Both the position numbers and the translations under genes were made by a program. A DNA stretch of 64,000 nt, from contig JADBKN010000001.1 of NCBI GenBank assembly GCA_014896375.1, positions 274 to 64,273 on the forward strand, in the 5' to 3' direction. Shown here piece after piece: positions 1-12,720 of this stretch. The stretch comes from Bacillota bacterium. Its GTDB lineage: Bacteria > Bacillota > Sulfobacillia > RBS10-35 > Bu92. Below the pieces are notes generated by a model, which saw only the letters and a list, made by a program, of their open reading frames with translations, was not told the DNA's origin and searched no databases. Position 1 is the first letter of the stretch; every line of letters starts with the position of its first letter.

Positions 1-3161
<3,161 letters not shown>

Positions 3162-3273
3162 GCGCGCCTCCAACGCGGTCTCCCCGGACCGCGAAAGCCT
3201 GCCTACAAGCCGCCCCTCGCCTGAAGACATGCGATGACACTCCGACATGCCGCTGGCGCGGGGGCGGCTGTTT

Positions 3274-3685
3274 TCACGATCTCTGGCGGGTTCCGTGGAG
3301 ATGGCGGTAGACTCCCCAAGCTCCGCCTGCGAGCGAGAGCACCGGTAGGATCGTCGCCCCAGGAGTCACCCATTCCGTGGCGCTGGGGGTACCTCTCAGG
3401 ACGCCGGATGCAGCAAACGTCCACGTGACCGCCCAAAGGAAGTCGTTGAGAAAGAGCAGGACCGAGAAGACCGGTCGCCGGATCGCCGTCGCCACAACGA
3501 GCTGAGGAACCCTCGCGGCCGGAAACGACAGGACCGGCTGCCCCAGGTGGGCGAATTACGCCGGCCAGCAGGCCGAAGAGGGCGAGGGACGACAAGGGTA
3601 CGCCGGCAGCCACGAGGGCGGAACCCGCGGCCAGAGTGAACCGGATGAAGAGCGACACGTCCATTCCCGGGTCAGGCGGCACCAC
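3274..3685 (-). pseudogene. GtrA-like small membrane protein, frameshifted (two overlapping minus-strand ORF pieces)
   Basis: ORF 3203-3685 (MDVSLFIRFTLAAGSALVAAGVPLSSLALFGLLAG...) and ORF 3274-3495 (...FLNDFLWAVTWTFAASG...) are both hydrophobic. The FLNxxxWTF motif resembles the GtrA family. The pieces lie in different frames, so a frameshift or decay is implied. Confidence 0.3.
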
Positions 3686-4232
3686 GCCGCTTCACCTCGT
3701 GACCGCGCCCGGAATTGCGACTCACCCGGCTGTACAGCTCGAGAAGCTGGGCCAGGCCCCGGCTGGCCTCGTGCTGCCCCGCGACCTTTCTCGCCCCCTC
3801 TCCCAACAAGCGGCGCAACTCAGGATCCCGCGCCAGCCGTAAGACGGCGCCCGCCAGGGCCTTCGTCTCTCCGGGTGGGACCGTGATTCCGCTCTCACCG
3901 TCGCGGACAAGTTCCGGCAGGGCGCCGGCCCGGACGGCGACCACGGGCAGCCCCGCCGCCATGGCCTCCAGCACCACAAGCCCCTGGGTCTCGGCCGGAG
4001 ACGGGAAGAGGAACAGGTCCGCCCGGTGGTATTCCCCGGGCATGGATTCCCACGGCGCGTACCCGAGCAAGCGGACGCGACCGGCGGCGATGTGCGGGGC
4101 GAGTGCCCGCCGGATGGCGCCGGCCATCGGGCCATCCCCGGCAATGCGAGCCCGCAGCCGCGGTTCTTCAGCCAGGGCCGAGGCCAGCGCTTCCCCGAGC
4201 TCCCAGCTCCGCCAGGCCCCTGCCAGCTGCAC
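3672..4232 (-). pseudogene. Glycosyltransferase family 4 (GT-B), C-terminal domain only (N-terminal half absent), likely a gene remnant
   Basis: The 186 aa ORF carries the GT4 C-domain signature (EAMAAGLPVVAVRAGALPELVRDGESGITVPPGE). No room exists for the ~180 aa N-terminal domain because the next gene (regulator, same strand) ends at 4324. GTG start at 4232. Confidence 0.5.
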
Positions 4233-4273
4233 TCACAATGAATCGAGAAAGACCGTAAAAACCCAAAAACTAA

Positions 4274-4302
4274 GCGTTGAAAAAGGCCCTCTAGTTCGGG
4301 CC
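4274..4302 (-). terminator. Rho-independent terminator downstream of the minus-strand regulator gene
   Basis: On the minus strand: AGGCCC-gaactagag-GGGCCT followed by TTTTCAACG. It lies in an AT-rich island between 4233 and 4323. Confidence 0.4.
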
Positions 4303-4323
4303 TCTTGACACAACGGGGCCGGC

Positions 4324-5049
4324 TCAACCGGACTCACGCAAGGCGCTGTCGAGGAACCGACCCAACATCTCGTGCTCGCGCGGTCCCAGGCCCTGGAGGT
4401 CCTTTAGGAAGCGACCCACCAGATCCACCAATTCCACGCTCAGATTTTGGCTCAGCGTCTGGATCACCGTGCCGGTCACGACTGCAACGAAGATGGAAAG
4501 TCGACTCTCGGCCTCCGGGGCCGCGGCCGCCACAAGGCGCTCGACCAGCTGTCGCGTTCGCCCGCCTACCTGCCGGATGTACACGACCAGCAGGCCGAGG
4601 AGGTGGGCGCAAAAGGCAACCCTCGATTCGAGCCGGGGCAGGTTCTGGAGCAGCGTCTCCACAGCCTCGCCTGGGCGCATCTCTTTCACTCGCACGATCA
4701 GTTCTCCTACCTGAGCCCGTATCGAGTCCCACTCCTCGGGTTCGGGGGGCCGCCGGGTGCCCTCGAACAACTTTTCCGCTTCCGGCGTGGGGCTGAAGAC
4801 GATGACCGACCGTCCGCCCTCGCCGCGGTGCAGGGCGTAGTTCCGCCGCACGTAGCCCATTTGTTCCAGGGTCTTCAACATATCGTACGCCGTCCACTTG
4901 CTGACCCCGAGGACGCGGGCGAGGCTCTCATAATGAACCGGCAGATTTGTTCGCCGGTACAGGTCGACCAATTCTTCGAGGAACTGCTTGCGACGGCCGG
5001 TCAAACCCGTTTTGCCCACCGCGGACCACCCCAAAAAACCAAACTTCAC
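4324..5049 (-). CDS. Winged-helix transcriptional regulator (N-terminal wHTH LARVLGVSKWTAYDMLKTLEQMGYVRR), family not assigned
   Basis: 241 aa ORF with an N-terminal HTH and strong GC3 codon bias. GTG start with no SD, so the start is uncertain (an internal GTG about 10 codons downstream is also possible). Confidence 0.65.
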   Translation of the reverse strand: MKFGFLGWSAVGKTGLTGRRKQFLEELVDLYRRTNLPVHYESLARVLGVSKWTAYDMLKTLEQMGYVRRNYALHRGEGGRSVIVFSPTPEAEKLFEGTRRPPEPEEWDSIRAQVGELIVRVKEMRPGEAVETLLQNLPRLESRVAFCAHLLGLLVVYIRQVGGRTRQLVERLVAAAAPEAESRLSIFVAVVTGTVIQTLSQNLSVELVDLVGRFLKDLQGLGPREHEMLGRFLDSALRESG

Positions 5050-5054
5050 GCATT

Positions 5055-5064
5055 CAATATATTG
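5055..5064. promoter_or_regulatory. Perfect 10-bp palindrome CAATATATTG inside a TTGACA-like AT-rich block in the divergent regulator / S9-peptidase promoter region
   Basis: Read directly: cattCAATATATTGtcaacg. It overlaps TTGACA (minus-strand orientation) about 10 bp upstream of the regulator's GTG start. AT-rich in a 72% GC context. Confidence 0.35.
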
Positions 5065-5305
5065 TCAACGACCTGGCGGCGTCAAACCCACGCAGACTAG
5101 CTCCGGTGTGCGGTGTGGGCGCCGGTGCTGGGGTTGGGAAGCGCTCGCGGCGGCCGGGAGCCGCACGAGCCGGCGGCGCAGGAGATCCGCCGCCTGCGGC
5201 CAAACACATGACGGAAACGGGCCATGCCGTTGCGCCTGCGCCCCGCCCGCGCCCCGCCGCCAGCCACGGTCCACGGCCCGATACCCGGAAAGCGAGGTCC
5301 CCCGC

Positions 5306-7393
5306 ATGACCGACCGCCCGCCCTCCGCCTCGCCCGCCCGCCGGCTGGAGGCCGCCGACCTCCTCCGCCTTGTCTTCCTCAGTGACGTGGCCATGCGTCC
5401 GGACGGCCGCCAGGCCGCCCTTGTGCGCACCACCGTCGACGCGGAGGAGAACAAGTACCGCTCGCAGATCTGGGTGGTGGACCTGCCCGACGGCGAGCCG
5501 TGCCCCTTCACCGCGGCCGGCGCCCACCGCGACACGCACCCTCGTTATTCACCGGACGGTGCGCACCTCGCCTTCCTGTCGAACCGCAGCGGCTCGACCC
5601 AGGTCTGGGTGATGCCCACCACCGGAGGCGAGGCCGAAAAGCTGACGAACGTCGACGGCGTGGAGGACTTCGTCTGGAAGGACGCAGACGAGCTCGTCGT
5701 CACCGTGCGCGTGGGCCGCGAGGGGCTGACGGAGCCTGAGCCAAAGGACCCGCCGCCGCCCAAGACGCCGGAGGAGCAGGACCGCCGCTATAACCGCGAT
5801 GTGCGCGTCATCGACCGCGCCTTCTACAAGCTCGACACGGCCGGCTTCTTAGGAGACCGGCGCAGCCACCTCTTCCGTCTGAGCCGCCGTGGCGGGGAAC
5901 TCGTGCCGCTGACGAGCGGCGACTGGGACGACCGCGACGCGGCCGTCTCCCCGGACGGCCGCTGGCTGGCGTTCGTGTCCAAGCGCATGCCGAACGCCGA
6001 CTTCGTCCAGGCAAGCGACGTCTACGTCATGCCCGCGGAGGGCGGCGAGCCGCGCCGCCTCACGAGCGCCGAGGGATATGCCTCCAGCCCGGCCTTCACC
6101 CCGGACGGCCGCCATGTGGCCTTCCTCTGCCGGCGCGCGGAAGGGGAGGGCCGCTTCGACGAAGCCCGCCTCTACCTCGTCCCCGTCGACGGCTCCGCGC
6201 CGCCGCGCTGTGTGACGCCCGGCTTCGACCGTTCCCTTGTGGACGCCTCCATCAGCGACACACGCGGCCACGGCGGCACGGCGGCGCCCGCCTTCGCGCC
6301 GGATGGGCGCACCGCCTTCCTTCTCTCGTCGGACCGCGGCGTGACGCAGATCGTGGCTGTCGATGTGGAAAGCGGTGAGGTGACGCCGCTCTCCTCCCGC
6401 GAGCGTACGGTGTACGACGCCGCCTTCGCCCGGGACGGCCGTAGCTATGTGGCGCTTGCCTCGGACCCTGTCACTCCGAACGACGTGTGGTACGGCGAGC
6501 GCCCGGCGGACGGTGGCGACTCCTTGTCCTCGCCGTGGACGGAACGCCGGCTCACGGAGGTCAACCGCGAGCTCCTCTCGGAAGTGCAGCTGCAGGTGCC
6601 GGAGCGCATCGTCTTCCGCGCCCCGGACGGGCCGGAGGTGGAGGGCTGGATCCTCAAGCCCGTCGGGTTCCGGGAGGGGCAGGCCGAGAAGGTCCCGGCG
6701 GTGCTCGAGGTCCACGGCGGGCCCGAGGCCATGTACACGTCGGCCTTCTTCTTTGAGTTCCAGCTTTTGGCCAACCACGGCTTCGCCGTGATCTTCTCCA
6801 ACCCGCGCGGCTCCGAGGGCTACGGCAAGGCCTTCCGCCAGGCCATTCACCGGGACTGGGGGCGGAAGGACTGGGCCGACGTACAGGCCCTCCTGGACGC
6901 CGCCCTGGAGCGCGGCTTCATCGACCCGAACCGGGTGGGCATCGCCGGCGGCAGCTACGGCGGCTTCATGGTCAACTGGGCCGTGGGCCACAGCGACCGC
7001 TTCCGCGCCGCCGTCTCCATGCGCAGTCTCTCGAATTGGTTCGTCGACTACGGCGCCAGCGACTTCGGCCACCTGCTGGACGACGACCTCTTCGCCGCGC
7101 CCCCGTGGAAGGACCCGGAGGCGTACGCGCGCATGTCGCCGCTCTGGTACGTGGAGAACGTGCGTACCCCGCTGCTCCTCCTCCACGCGGAGGAGGACTA
7201 CCGCTGCCCGGTGGCGCACGCGGAGCAGTTCTTTGCCGCACTCAAGCGCCTGGGGAGGACGGTGCAGCTGGTGCGATACCCCGGGGAGTCGCACGAGATG
7301 TCGCGCAGCGGGAAACCCTGGCACCGCGTCGACCGGCTCCGCCGCATCGTCGGCTGGTTCACGACGCACCTCGCAGCGACGGCCGCGCCGTGA
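5306..7393 (+). CDS. Prolyl oligopeptidase family S9 peptidase (acylaminoacyl-peptidase-like): N-terminal beta-propeller plus C-terminal alpha/beta hydrolase
   Basis: ATG at 5306 after the SD-like GGAAAGCGAGG. TolB-like repeats (SPDGAHLAFLSNRSG, SPDGRWLAFVS, TPDGRHVAFL). Catalytic GGSYGG serine motif, with the D and H in the C-terminal domain. Confidence 0.85.
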   Translation: MTDRPPSASPARRLEAADLLRLVFLSDVAMRPDGRQAALVRTTVDAEENKYRSQIWVVDLPDGEPCPFTAAGAHRDTHPRYSPDGAHLAFLSNRSGSTQVWVMPTTGGEAEKLTNVDGVEDFVWKDADELVVTVRVGREGLTEPEPKDPPPPKTPEEQDRRYNRDVRVIDRAFYKLDTAGFLGDRRSHLFRLSRRGGELVPLTSGDWDDRDAAVSPDGRWLAFVSKRMPNADFVQASDVYVMPAEGGEPRRLTSAEGYASSPAFTPDGRHVAFLCRRAEGEGRFDEARLYLVPVDGSAPPRCVTPGFDRSLVDASISDTRGHGGTAAPAFAPDGRTAFLLSSDRGVTQIVAVDVESGEVTPLSSRERTVYDAAFARDGRSYVALASDPVTPNDVWYGERPADGGDSLSSPWTERRLTEVNRELLSEVQLQVPERIVFRAPDGPEVEGWILKPVGFREGQAEKVPAVLEVHGGPEAMYTSAFFFEFQLLANHGFAVIFSNPRGSEGYGKAFRQAIHRDWGRKDWADVQALLDAALERGFIDPNRVGIAGGSYGGFMVNWAVGHSDRFRAAVSMRSLSNWFVDYGASDFGHLLDDDLFAAPPWKDPEAYARMSPLWYVENVRTPLLLLHAEEDYRCPVAHAEQFFAALKRLGRTVQLVRYPGESHEMSRSGKPWHRVDRLRRIVGWFTTHLAATAAP

Positions 7394-7435
7394 GGGCGAC
7401 GGCGACGCGCGCGGCACGGCGGCGCGGCCCTGGAC

Positions 7436-8068
7436 TCAAGGGTAGAGCCTCGTGTCGCGCGGCTCGGCGGCTGCGCGTCCCGCCGTGCGCTCGCGCAACT
7501 CGGCGACGACCGCTTGCGGGTCGGCGGCGAGGAGGTCGATGAGCACCTCCGCGCGGACGGCTTCCGCATATTCCGCCCCGCGCAGCACGACGCCCGGCAC
7601 GCGTTCCAGCCAAGCCATAACCGCCGGCCAGTCGGGATAGGGGAGCGCGAGGGCGATGACGGCGTGCGGCCGGCGCTCCCGCACCCCGGCGGCGGCCACG
7701 GCCTGGCGCGCGGCGGCGCCGTAGGCGCGGATCAGCCCGCCGCGGCCGAGGAGGGTGCCGCCGAAGTAGCGGACGACGGCGACGCCGGCGTCGCACACAC
7801 CGGCCGCGCGTAACGCCTCCAGGCACGGCGCGCCGGCCGTGGCCGCCGGCTCGCCGTCGTCCGAGGCCCGCTCGAGGCCGCCCGCCAGGCGCAGCGCCCA
7901 GGCGACGTGGCGCGCGTGCGGGTGCTCGGCGCGGATGGCGGCGACGCGCGCGCGCCACGCCGCCTCGTCCGTCGCGGGCTCCGCCACGCCGATGAACACC
8001 GAGCGCCGCTCCTCAAGCCGCGAGGTGCCGCGCCCGGCGAGCGTCCGCAGAAGCCGCGCCCCTTCCAT
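7436..8068 (-). CDS. yigZ: YigZ / IMPACT family protein (UPF0029)
   Basis: VVRYFGGTLLGRGGLIRAYG motif. Start chosen at MEGARLL (ATG at 8066-8068), 211 aa. The longer ORF to 8371 is a GC-rich extension. Confidence 0.75.
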   Translation of the reverse strand: MEGARLLRTLAGRGTSRLEERRSVFIGVAEPATDEAAWRARVAAIRAEHPHARHVAWALRLAGGLERASDDGEPAATAGAPCLEALRAAGVCDAGVAVVRYFGGTLLGRGGLIRAYGAAARQAVAAAGVRERRPHAVIALALPYPDWPAVMAWLERVPGVVLRGAEYAEAVRAEVLIDLLAADPQAVVAELRERTAGRAAAEPRDTRLYP

Positions 8069-8192
8069 CGGCTGCACACCGCTCCTTCCCTGGCGTCCGT
8101 CCGGCTCCTGGCCGCCCTTCGTCGGCCGCGGCCCCCTTCCGGCCGCACGCCGTCCCTGTGGTAGAATGCGTCGCGGTGGGAGGGAAATCCCG

Positions 8193-8984
8193 GTGCTGTC
8201 GGAAGCCGAATCCAGCCGGCAGGCACCGCGTCCCCGGCGCCGGCGCTGGGCCCTTTGGGCGGCAGCGGGGATCCTCTTGGCGGGTACCTGGACGGGCCTC
8301 GTCTTCTGGCAGACGTACGCGCCCCAGGTGAACCAGCTGGAGAGCATCGTCCAGCACCAGGTGCTCGTCAACGGCGGCTCCTACGTGCCGCTGGAGCGCA
8401 TCGCCCCGGAGATGCGCGCGGCCGTCGTGGCCGCCGAGGACAGGACCTTCTACCGCAACTGGGGGGTCTCCTGGACGGGCATCGGCCGCGCGCTGATCGT
8501 GGACATCGTCTCGTTGGAGTACGCGGAAGGCGGCAGCACGATCACCCAACAGCTCGCGCGCGAGACGCTGCTCACGCGGGAGAAGACCCTCCGCCGCAAG
8601 CTCAAGGAAATCGCCCTCGCCGTGATGATCACGCGCACCTACCCCAAGGACAAGATCCTGGAGATGTACCTTAACGCCGTCTACTTCGGCCACGGCGCAT
8701 ACGGTGTGGAGGCGGCCGCGGAAACCTACTTCGCCAAGCCGGCGGCCGCGCTCACCCTGGCACAGAGTGCCCTGCTCGCGGGCGTGCTGCAGGGGCCAAG
8801 CCTCTACGACCCCTTCTGCAACCTCGACGGCGCGCGCGCCCGGGAAAGATACGTGCTGGAGCAGATGGTGGAGACGGGCGCCATCACACCGGAGCAGGGG
8901 GACGCCGCCTGGAACGCGCCGCTCTACCTCATCCCCGGTTCCTGTTTCCCCTCGGCCGGAGGTGCGCAGCGCTCACGCGCGTGA
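8193..8984 (+). CDS. mtgA: Monofunctional biosynthetic peptidoglycan transglycosylase (GT51)
   Basis: EDRTFYRNWGVS, GGSTITQQLAR and RKLKE motifs of GT51, with an N-terminal TM anchor. GTG at 8193 preceded by GGGAGG. An alternative ATG at 8166 is possible. Confidence 0.85.
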   Translation: MLSEAESSRQAPRPRRRRWALWAAAGILLAGTWTGLVFWQTYAPQVNQLESIVQHQVLVNGGSYVPLERIAPEMRAAVVAAEDRTFYRNWGVSWTGIGRALIVDIVSLEYAEGGSTITQQLARETLLTREKTLRRKLKEIALAVMITRTYPKDKILEMYLNAVYFGHGAYGVEAAAETYFAKPAAALTLAQSALLAGVLQGPSLYDPFCNLDGARARERYVLEQMVETGAITPEQGDAAWNAPLYLIPGSCFPSAGGAQRSRA

Positions 8985-10889
8985 CGGCGCATCATCGCCC
9001 TCCTCCAAAGGAGGCGGCAGGCGCTCGGGCGACGGCGTGACGAAGACCGTTCGCTGGTGATCGTAGTGAACCTGCCCGGGACCCGCGCCGCGGATGCGAC
9101 GGACATAGCGCCGCCGTGTATAGTCGACGGGCACGTTGGAGCTCTGGCGCGCGCGGCTGAAGAAGGCCGCGAGCAGCGCCGCCTCTTGCAGCGTGGCGGG
9201 GGGCGGCGGCTCCTCCGGCGGCCAGCCCTCGGGAGGCCGCGCCAGGACGTGCGTGCCGGGGATGTCCTTCGTGTGGAACCACCAGTCGTCCGGCCGGGCG
9301 AAGCGCAACGTGAGCCAGTCGTTCTGGCGGCTATTGCGGCCCACCCAGAGCGTCCAGCCGTCAGACGAGCGGTAGTGGCGCGGCCGGCCGGGCGCGGCGC
9401 CGGGGGACGCGTCCGCGTCCGGTGAGGCGGGCCGCGCGGACGGGGAGCGCCCGTCGACGTCGCCCGCGCCCGCGAGCCCCAACTCCTCCAGGCGCCCCGC
9501 GGCGTCCGCCAGCGCCGCGTCCCAGCGGCGCAGGATCTCCTCCCACGCGTCGCCGGCCGTGGCGGCGTCCAGTGGCGGCAGATTGGCGAGCCTCGCGACG
9601 ACGTCCTCCAACGCGGCCGCCTCCGCCTCCGTGGCCTCGAGGAGCGGCAAGAGCTCCACGCGGCGGCGCTTCGCCTTCTGGTAGCGGCGGAAGTAGCGCT
9701 GCGCGTTCGCCGCCGGGCTGAGGCGCGGGTCCAGGGGCACCGTGCGCGGCGCCTGGTCGCGCGTCCAGTCCGGCAGCACCACCGCCTCCGCCCTGGCGGG
9801 CACCTGGTGGAGGTAGGCGGTGAGCAGCTCACCGAGCAGGCGATATTCCTCAGCCGCGCGCGCCTCCTCCCACTCCGCCCGCTGGCGCTCCCGCTTGCGC
9901 AGCGCGCGTTCCAAAGCGGCGCGCGCGATGCGCAGGAGGCGCGCACGCGCTTCCGTGCGGCGCCGCACGGCCTCCGTCTCGCGCGTCACCGTCTCCAAGA
10001 GGGCCGACGGCGAAGGGAAGAACTCCACCGTCTCCCCCGGCTCCGGCTGGAGATCCAGCGCGGCGAAGGCCGATGTGCGCCCTCCGGCGAGGATCCGGCA
10101 GGGGCGGAACGCCTCGGAGCGCACAGCCGCCAGGCGTTCGGCGAGGATGTCGAGGACGCGGCTCCGCTCTTCGGCCGAAATCGCCTCCCACGAAGCGGAC
10201 GGATCCACGCCGGCGCGACGGGTGACGTCCCGCGCCAGCACGGTGCCGAGCCCGGGCGCGGCGGCCATCACGGCGGAGGCGGCGTCCGCGCCCGTCCGGG
10301 CCACGCCACCGGCGCCGCCGCTTGCGGCCGCCGCGCGCTCCGCCCACGCGCGCCACTCCTCCGGCTCCATTGTCACCACGTCGCGCCAGCCCGAGGGGCG
10401 CGGCGGCCACTCGTACCGCAGCCCGGGCCACACGGGCCGCACGGGGTTGTCGCCCGGCGCCGCTCGCCGCAAGGCGTCGACCACGCGCCCGTCCTCGTCG
10501 ACGAGCACCGCGTTGCTGCGCCGGCCCATCACTTCTACGTAGAGCCACCAGGAGACGGCGCGGCCCAGCTCATCCTGGCCCAAAAAGCGCAGCGCCAGCA
10601 CGCGCTCCAGGCCTTCCATCACGGCATCGGCGAGCTGGGCGCCCACGAGGCGCGCGCGCAAGAGCTGGCAGAAGGCCGGCGGCACCGGCGGATTCGGCCA
10701 TGGCTGGCGCGTGAGGTGAATGCGCGGGCGTTCGGCGGCATCGATGAGCAGCCGCGCTTCGCCGCGCCCGGGAGCGTACAGCTCCAACACGAGACAGCGC
10801 TCTCCCGGCTGGCGGACCTGCTGGACGCGCGCCTCGCGCCAGTCGTGGATCTCGCGGCGGAGGGCGCGAAGGAAGACACCGTCGATCAT
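8973..10889 (-). CDS. rqcH: Ribosome quality control protein RqcH (NFACT / FbpA family, YloA-like)
   Basis: N-terminal NFACT-N (MIDGVFLRALRREI...), coiled-coil middle, C-terminal NFACT-R (DWWFHTKDIPGTHVLARP). Start ATG at 10887-10889. The 3' end overlaps mtgA by 12 bp (convergent). Confidence 0.85.
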   Translation of the reverse strand: MIDGVFLRALRREIHDWREARVQQVRQPGERCLVLELYAPGRGEARLLIDAAERPRIHLTRQPWPNPPVPPAFCQLLRARLVGAQLADAVMEGLERVLALRFLGQDELGRAVSWWLYVEVMGRRSNAVLVDEDGRVVDALRRAAPGDNPVRPVWPGLRYEWPPRPSGWRDVVTMEPEEWRAWAERAAAASGGAGGVARTGADAASAVMAAAPGLGTVLARDVTRRAGVDPSASWEAISAEERSRVLDILAERLAAVRSEAFRPCRILAGGRTSAFAALDLQPEPGETVEFFPSPSALLETVTRETEAVRRRTEARARLLRIARAALERALRKRERQRAEWEEARAAEEYRLLGELLTAYLHQVPARAEAVVLPDWTRDQAPRTVPLDPRLSPAANAQRYFRRYQKAKRRRVELLPLLEATEAEAAALEDVVARLANLPPLDAATAGDAWEEILRRWDAALADAAGRLEELGLAGAGDVDGRSPSARPASPDADASPGAAPGRPRHYRSSDGWTLWVGRNSRQNDWLTLRFARPDDWWFHTKDIPGTHVLARPPEGWPPEEPPPPATLQEAALLAAFFSRARQSSNVPVDYTRRRYVRRIRGAGPGQVHYDHQRTVFVTPSPERLPPPLEEGDDAPSRA

Positions 10890-11029
10890 GCGTCCAATGT
10901 ACCATGCGTCTGCCGCGGCGCGCGGCGGCGTAGTACGATCCAAGGGGCGAGAGACCAGGCGGGGAGACAGGACCCCGGAAAGGACGTGTCGCGCTGCACG
11001 GGCTTCTCCAGGCCGTCGCCGATTGGATC

Positions 11030-11614
11030 GTGCAGGTCGCCGTGCGCTGGGGCTACTGGGGCGTGGCGCTGGAAATGGCGATCGAGAACGCCAACATCCC
11101 CCTGCCCAGCGAGGTCATCCTTCCCTTTGCCGGCTACCTCGTCTTCACCGGAGCCCTGAAGTTCTGGGGAGCCGTGGCGGCCGCCATGGCCGGTGGGCTC
11201 TGCGGCTCGGCCTTCTCCTATGCTCTCGGGTATTTCGGCGGGCGTCCGCTCGTGCTGCGCTACGGGCGCTATGTGCTGCTCAACGCCCACCACCTGGAGC
11301 AGGCGGAGGCGTGGTTCCGCCGTCACGGCGAGGCCGCCGTGTTCTTCGGCCGCCTCCTGCCGGTCGTACGCACCTTCATCTCACTTCCGGCCGGCATCGG
11401 CCGCATGGCCTTCGGACGCTTCCTCCTCTATACGCTGCTCGGTTCCTTGCCGTGGACGACGGCGCTCGTGTGGGCGGGCGTCATCTTGGGGGAACGCTGG
11501 TCGGCGCTGGAAGGCTTCTTCCACCGGCTGGACTACGCCATCGTGGCCGCCGCATTGGTGGCGGCCGTAGTGCTCCTTTGGCGAGGGCGGGGGAGCGACC
11601 GTCCCCGACGGTGA
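11030..11614 (+). CDS. DedA / VTT-domain membrane protein
   Basis: GVALEMAIENANIPLPSEVILPFAGYLVF matches the DedA core. The only in-frame start after the upstream stop (10931) is GTG at 11030. Conserved-looking residues (LHGLLQAVADWI) lie upstream in frame with no start codon, so a non-canonical start or an upstream frameshift is possible. Confidence 0.75.
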   Translation: MQVAVRWGYWGVALEMAIENANIPLPSEVILPFAGYLVFTGALKFWGAVAAAMAGGLCGSAFSYALGYFGGRPLVLRYGRYVLLNAHHLEQAEAWFRRHGEAAVFFGRLLPVVRTFISLPAGIGRMAFGRFLLYTLLGSLPWTTALVWAGVILGERWSALEGFFHRLDYAIVAAALVAAVVLLWRGRGSDRPRR

Positions 11615-11656
11615 CGGAAAGGCGACGGAACGCCGATGGGAACCGGTGTGGGGGAC

Positions 11657-11691
11657 GCGGCGGGCGGCAGTGCCCGCCGCTGTGCTTTGTC
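11657..11691 (+). terminator. Intrinsic terminator after dedA
   Basis: GCGGCGGGC-ggcagt-GCCCGCCGC (9-bp perfect stem) followed by TGTGCTTTGTC. Confidence 0.4.
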
Positions 11692-11763
11692 GGGGTAGAC
11701 GTCCGTGATGGTGAGACTGGCACGACCTGACACTTTAGGCCTACACAATGCAATCGGCTGCTG

Positions 11764-11782
11764 CTATATTAGTGCAAGCGAC
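11764..11782 (+). promoter_or_regulatory. Conserved 19-bp motif CTATATTAGTGCAAGCGAC upstream of wrbA (second near-identical copy at 18839-18857)
   Basis: Direct read. The copy at 18839-18857 is CTATATTAATGCAAGCGAC (18/19 identical) in the doxX / hxlR divergent intergenic. Contains a TATATT -10-like hexamer. Confidence 0.4.
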
Positions 11783-11849
11783 GTCGCCGGGAAAGGTCCC
11801 GTACCCCCATGGGGATGCTATCGGCAAACCATGCGGAGGAGAGCGTTCC

Positions 11850-12488
11850 ATGGGCGATCTCAACCTTGCGATCATCTACTACTCGTCCACCGGCACCATC
11901 CACAGGATGGCCGAAGCCGCGGCGGAGGCGGCGCGCGAGGCGGGGGCGGACGTGCGCCTGCGGATCGTGCAGGAGCTGGCGCCGCCGGAAGCCATCGCGC
12001 GCAACCCCAACTGGAAGAAGTTCCGCGATGAGCATCCCGATCTTCCGGTGGCCACGCTGGAAGACTTGGAATGGGCCGACGCGATCCTCTTCGGTTCGCC
12101 GACCCGCTACGGCAACGTGGCCGCACAGATGAAGCAGTTCCTCGACCAGAGCGGTCCGCTGTGGGCGCAGGGTAAGCTGGCGAACAAGGCGGTGTCGGCG
12201 TTCGCCTCTGCGAGCAACCCGCACGGCGGCCAGGAGACGACGATTCTCGCGCTCTACAACACGATGCACCACTGGGGTGCCATCATCGTCCCGCCGGGCT
12301 ACACCGACCCGACGATCTTCGCGGCGGGCGGCAACCCGTACGGCACGAGCGCCGCGGCCAACGAGACCGGACCCGCCAAGGAGGTCCTCGATGCCGTCCG
12401 CTATCAGGCGAAGCGGCTCGTCGAGGTGGCGCGCTGGCTCAAGGCGGGGCGCGAGGCGGCGCAGCGTGTGCCCGTGGGCAGGGCGTAG
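11850..12488 (+). CDS. wrbA: NAD(P)H:quinone oxidoreductase, WrbA-type flavodoxin-like
   Basis: LAIIYYSSTGTIHRMAEAAAEAAREAGADVRL...GSPTRYGNVAAQMKQFLDQSGPLW is typical WrbA. ATG at 11850 with GGAGGAGAG as SD. Confidence 0.85.
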   Translation: MGDLNLAIIYYSSTGTIHRMAEAAAEAAREAGADVRLRIVQELAPPEAIARNPNWKKFRDEHPDLPVATLEDLEWADAILFGSPTRYGNVAAQMKQFLDQSGPLWAQGKLANKAVSAFASASNPHGGQETTILALYNTMHHWGAIIVPPGYTDPTIFAAGGNPYGTSAAANETGPAKEVLDAVRYQAKRLVEVARWLKAGREAAQRVPVGRA

Positions 12489-12720
12489 CGATCTGAGCTC
12501 GACGGACGGGATCCCGGCGTTCTGAGCGTGGCGCGCTCTTCGCGACCAGCCCCGGCGGGTCGGAGCGCATCGTCGACCGCCGCGCATCCTTTTCATGAAG
12601 GCCCGGACTGCCTACGGCCCGGGCCTAAACATTTCCCTTGCGGACGTCGAACACGGATCCGAGAACGTGCGCGCACGGCCCGGCTGCCGCCGCCCGCGCG
12701 CCGCAGGAGGGGGTCGGGAG

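Noticed and set aside
5849-7417. 522-aa minus-strand ORF antisense to the S9 peptidase gene
   Set aside because: It is a high-GC antisense open frame lacking third-position GC bias. It fully overlaps a well-supported domain-bearing gene on the other strand.
10720-11730. 336-aa plus-strand ORF overlapping dedA in another frame
   Set aside because: The DedA signature is in the 11030 frame. This ORF is Arg/Gly-rich noise.
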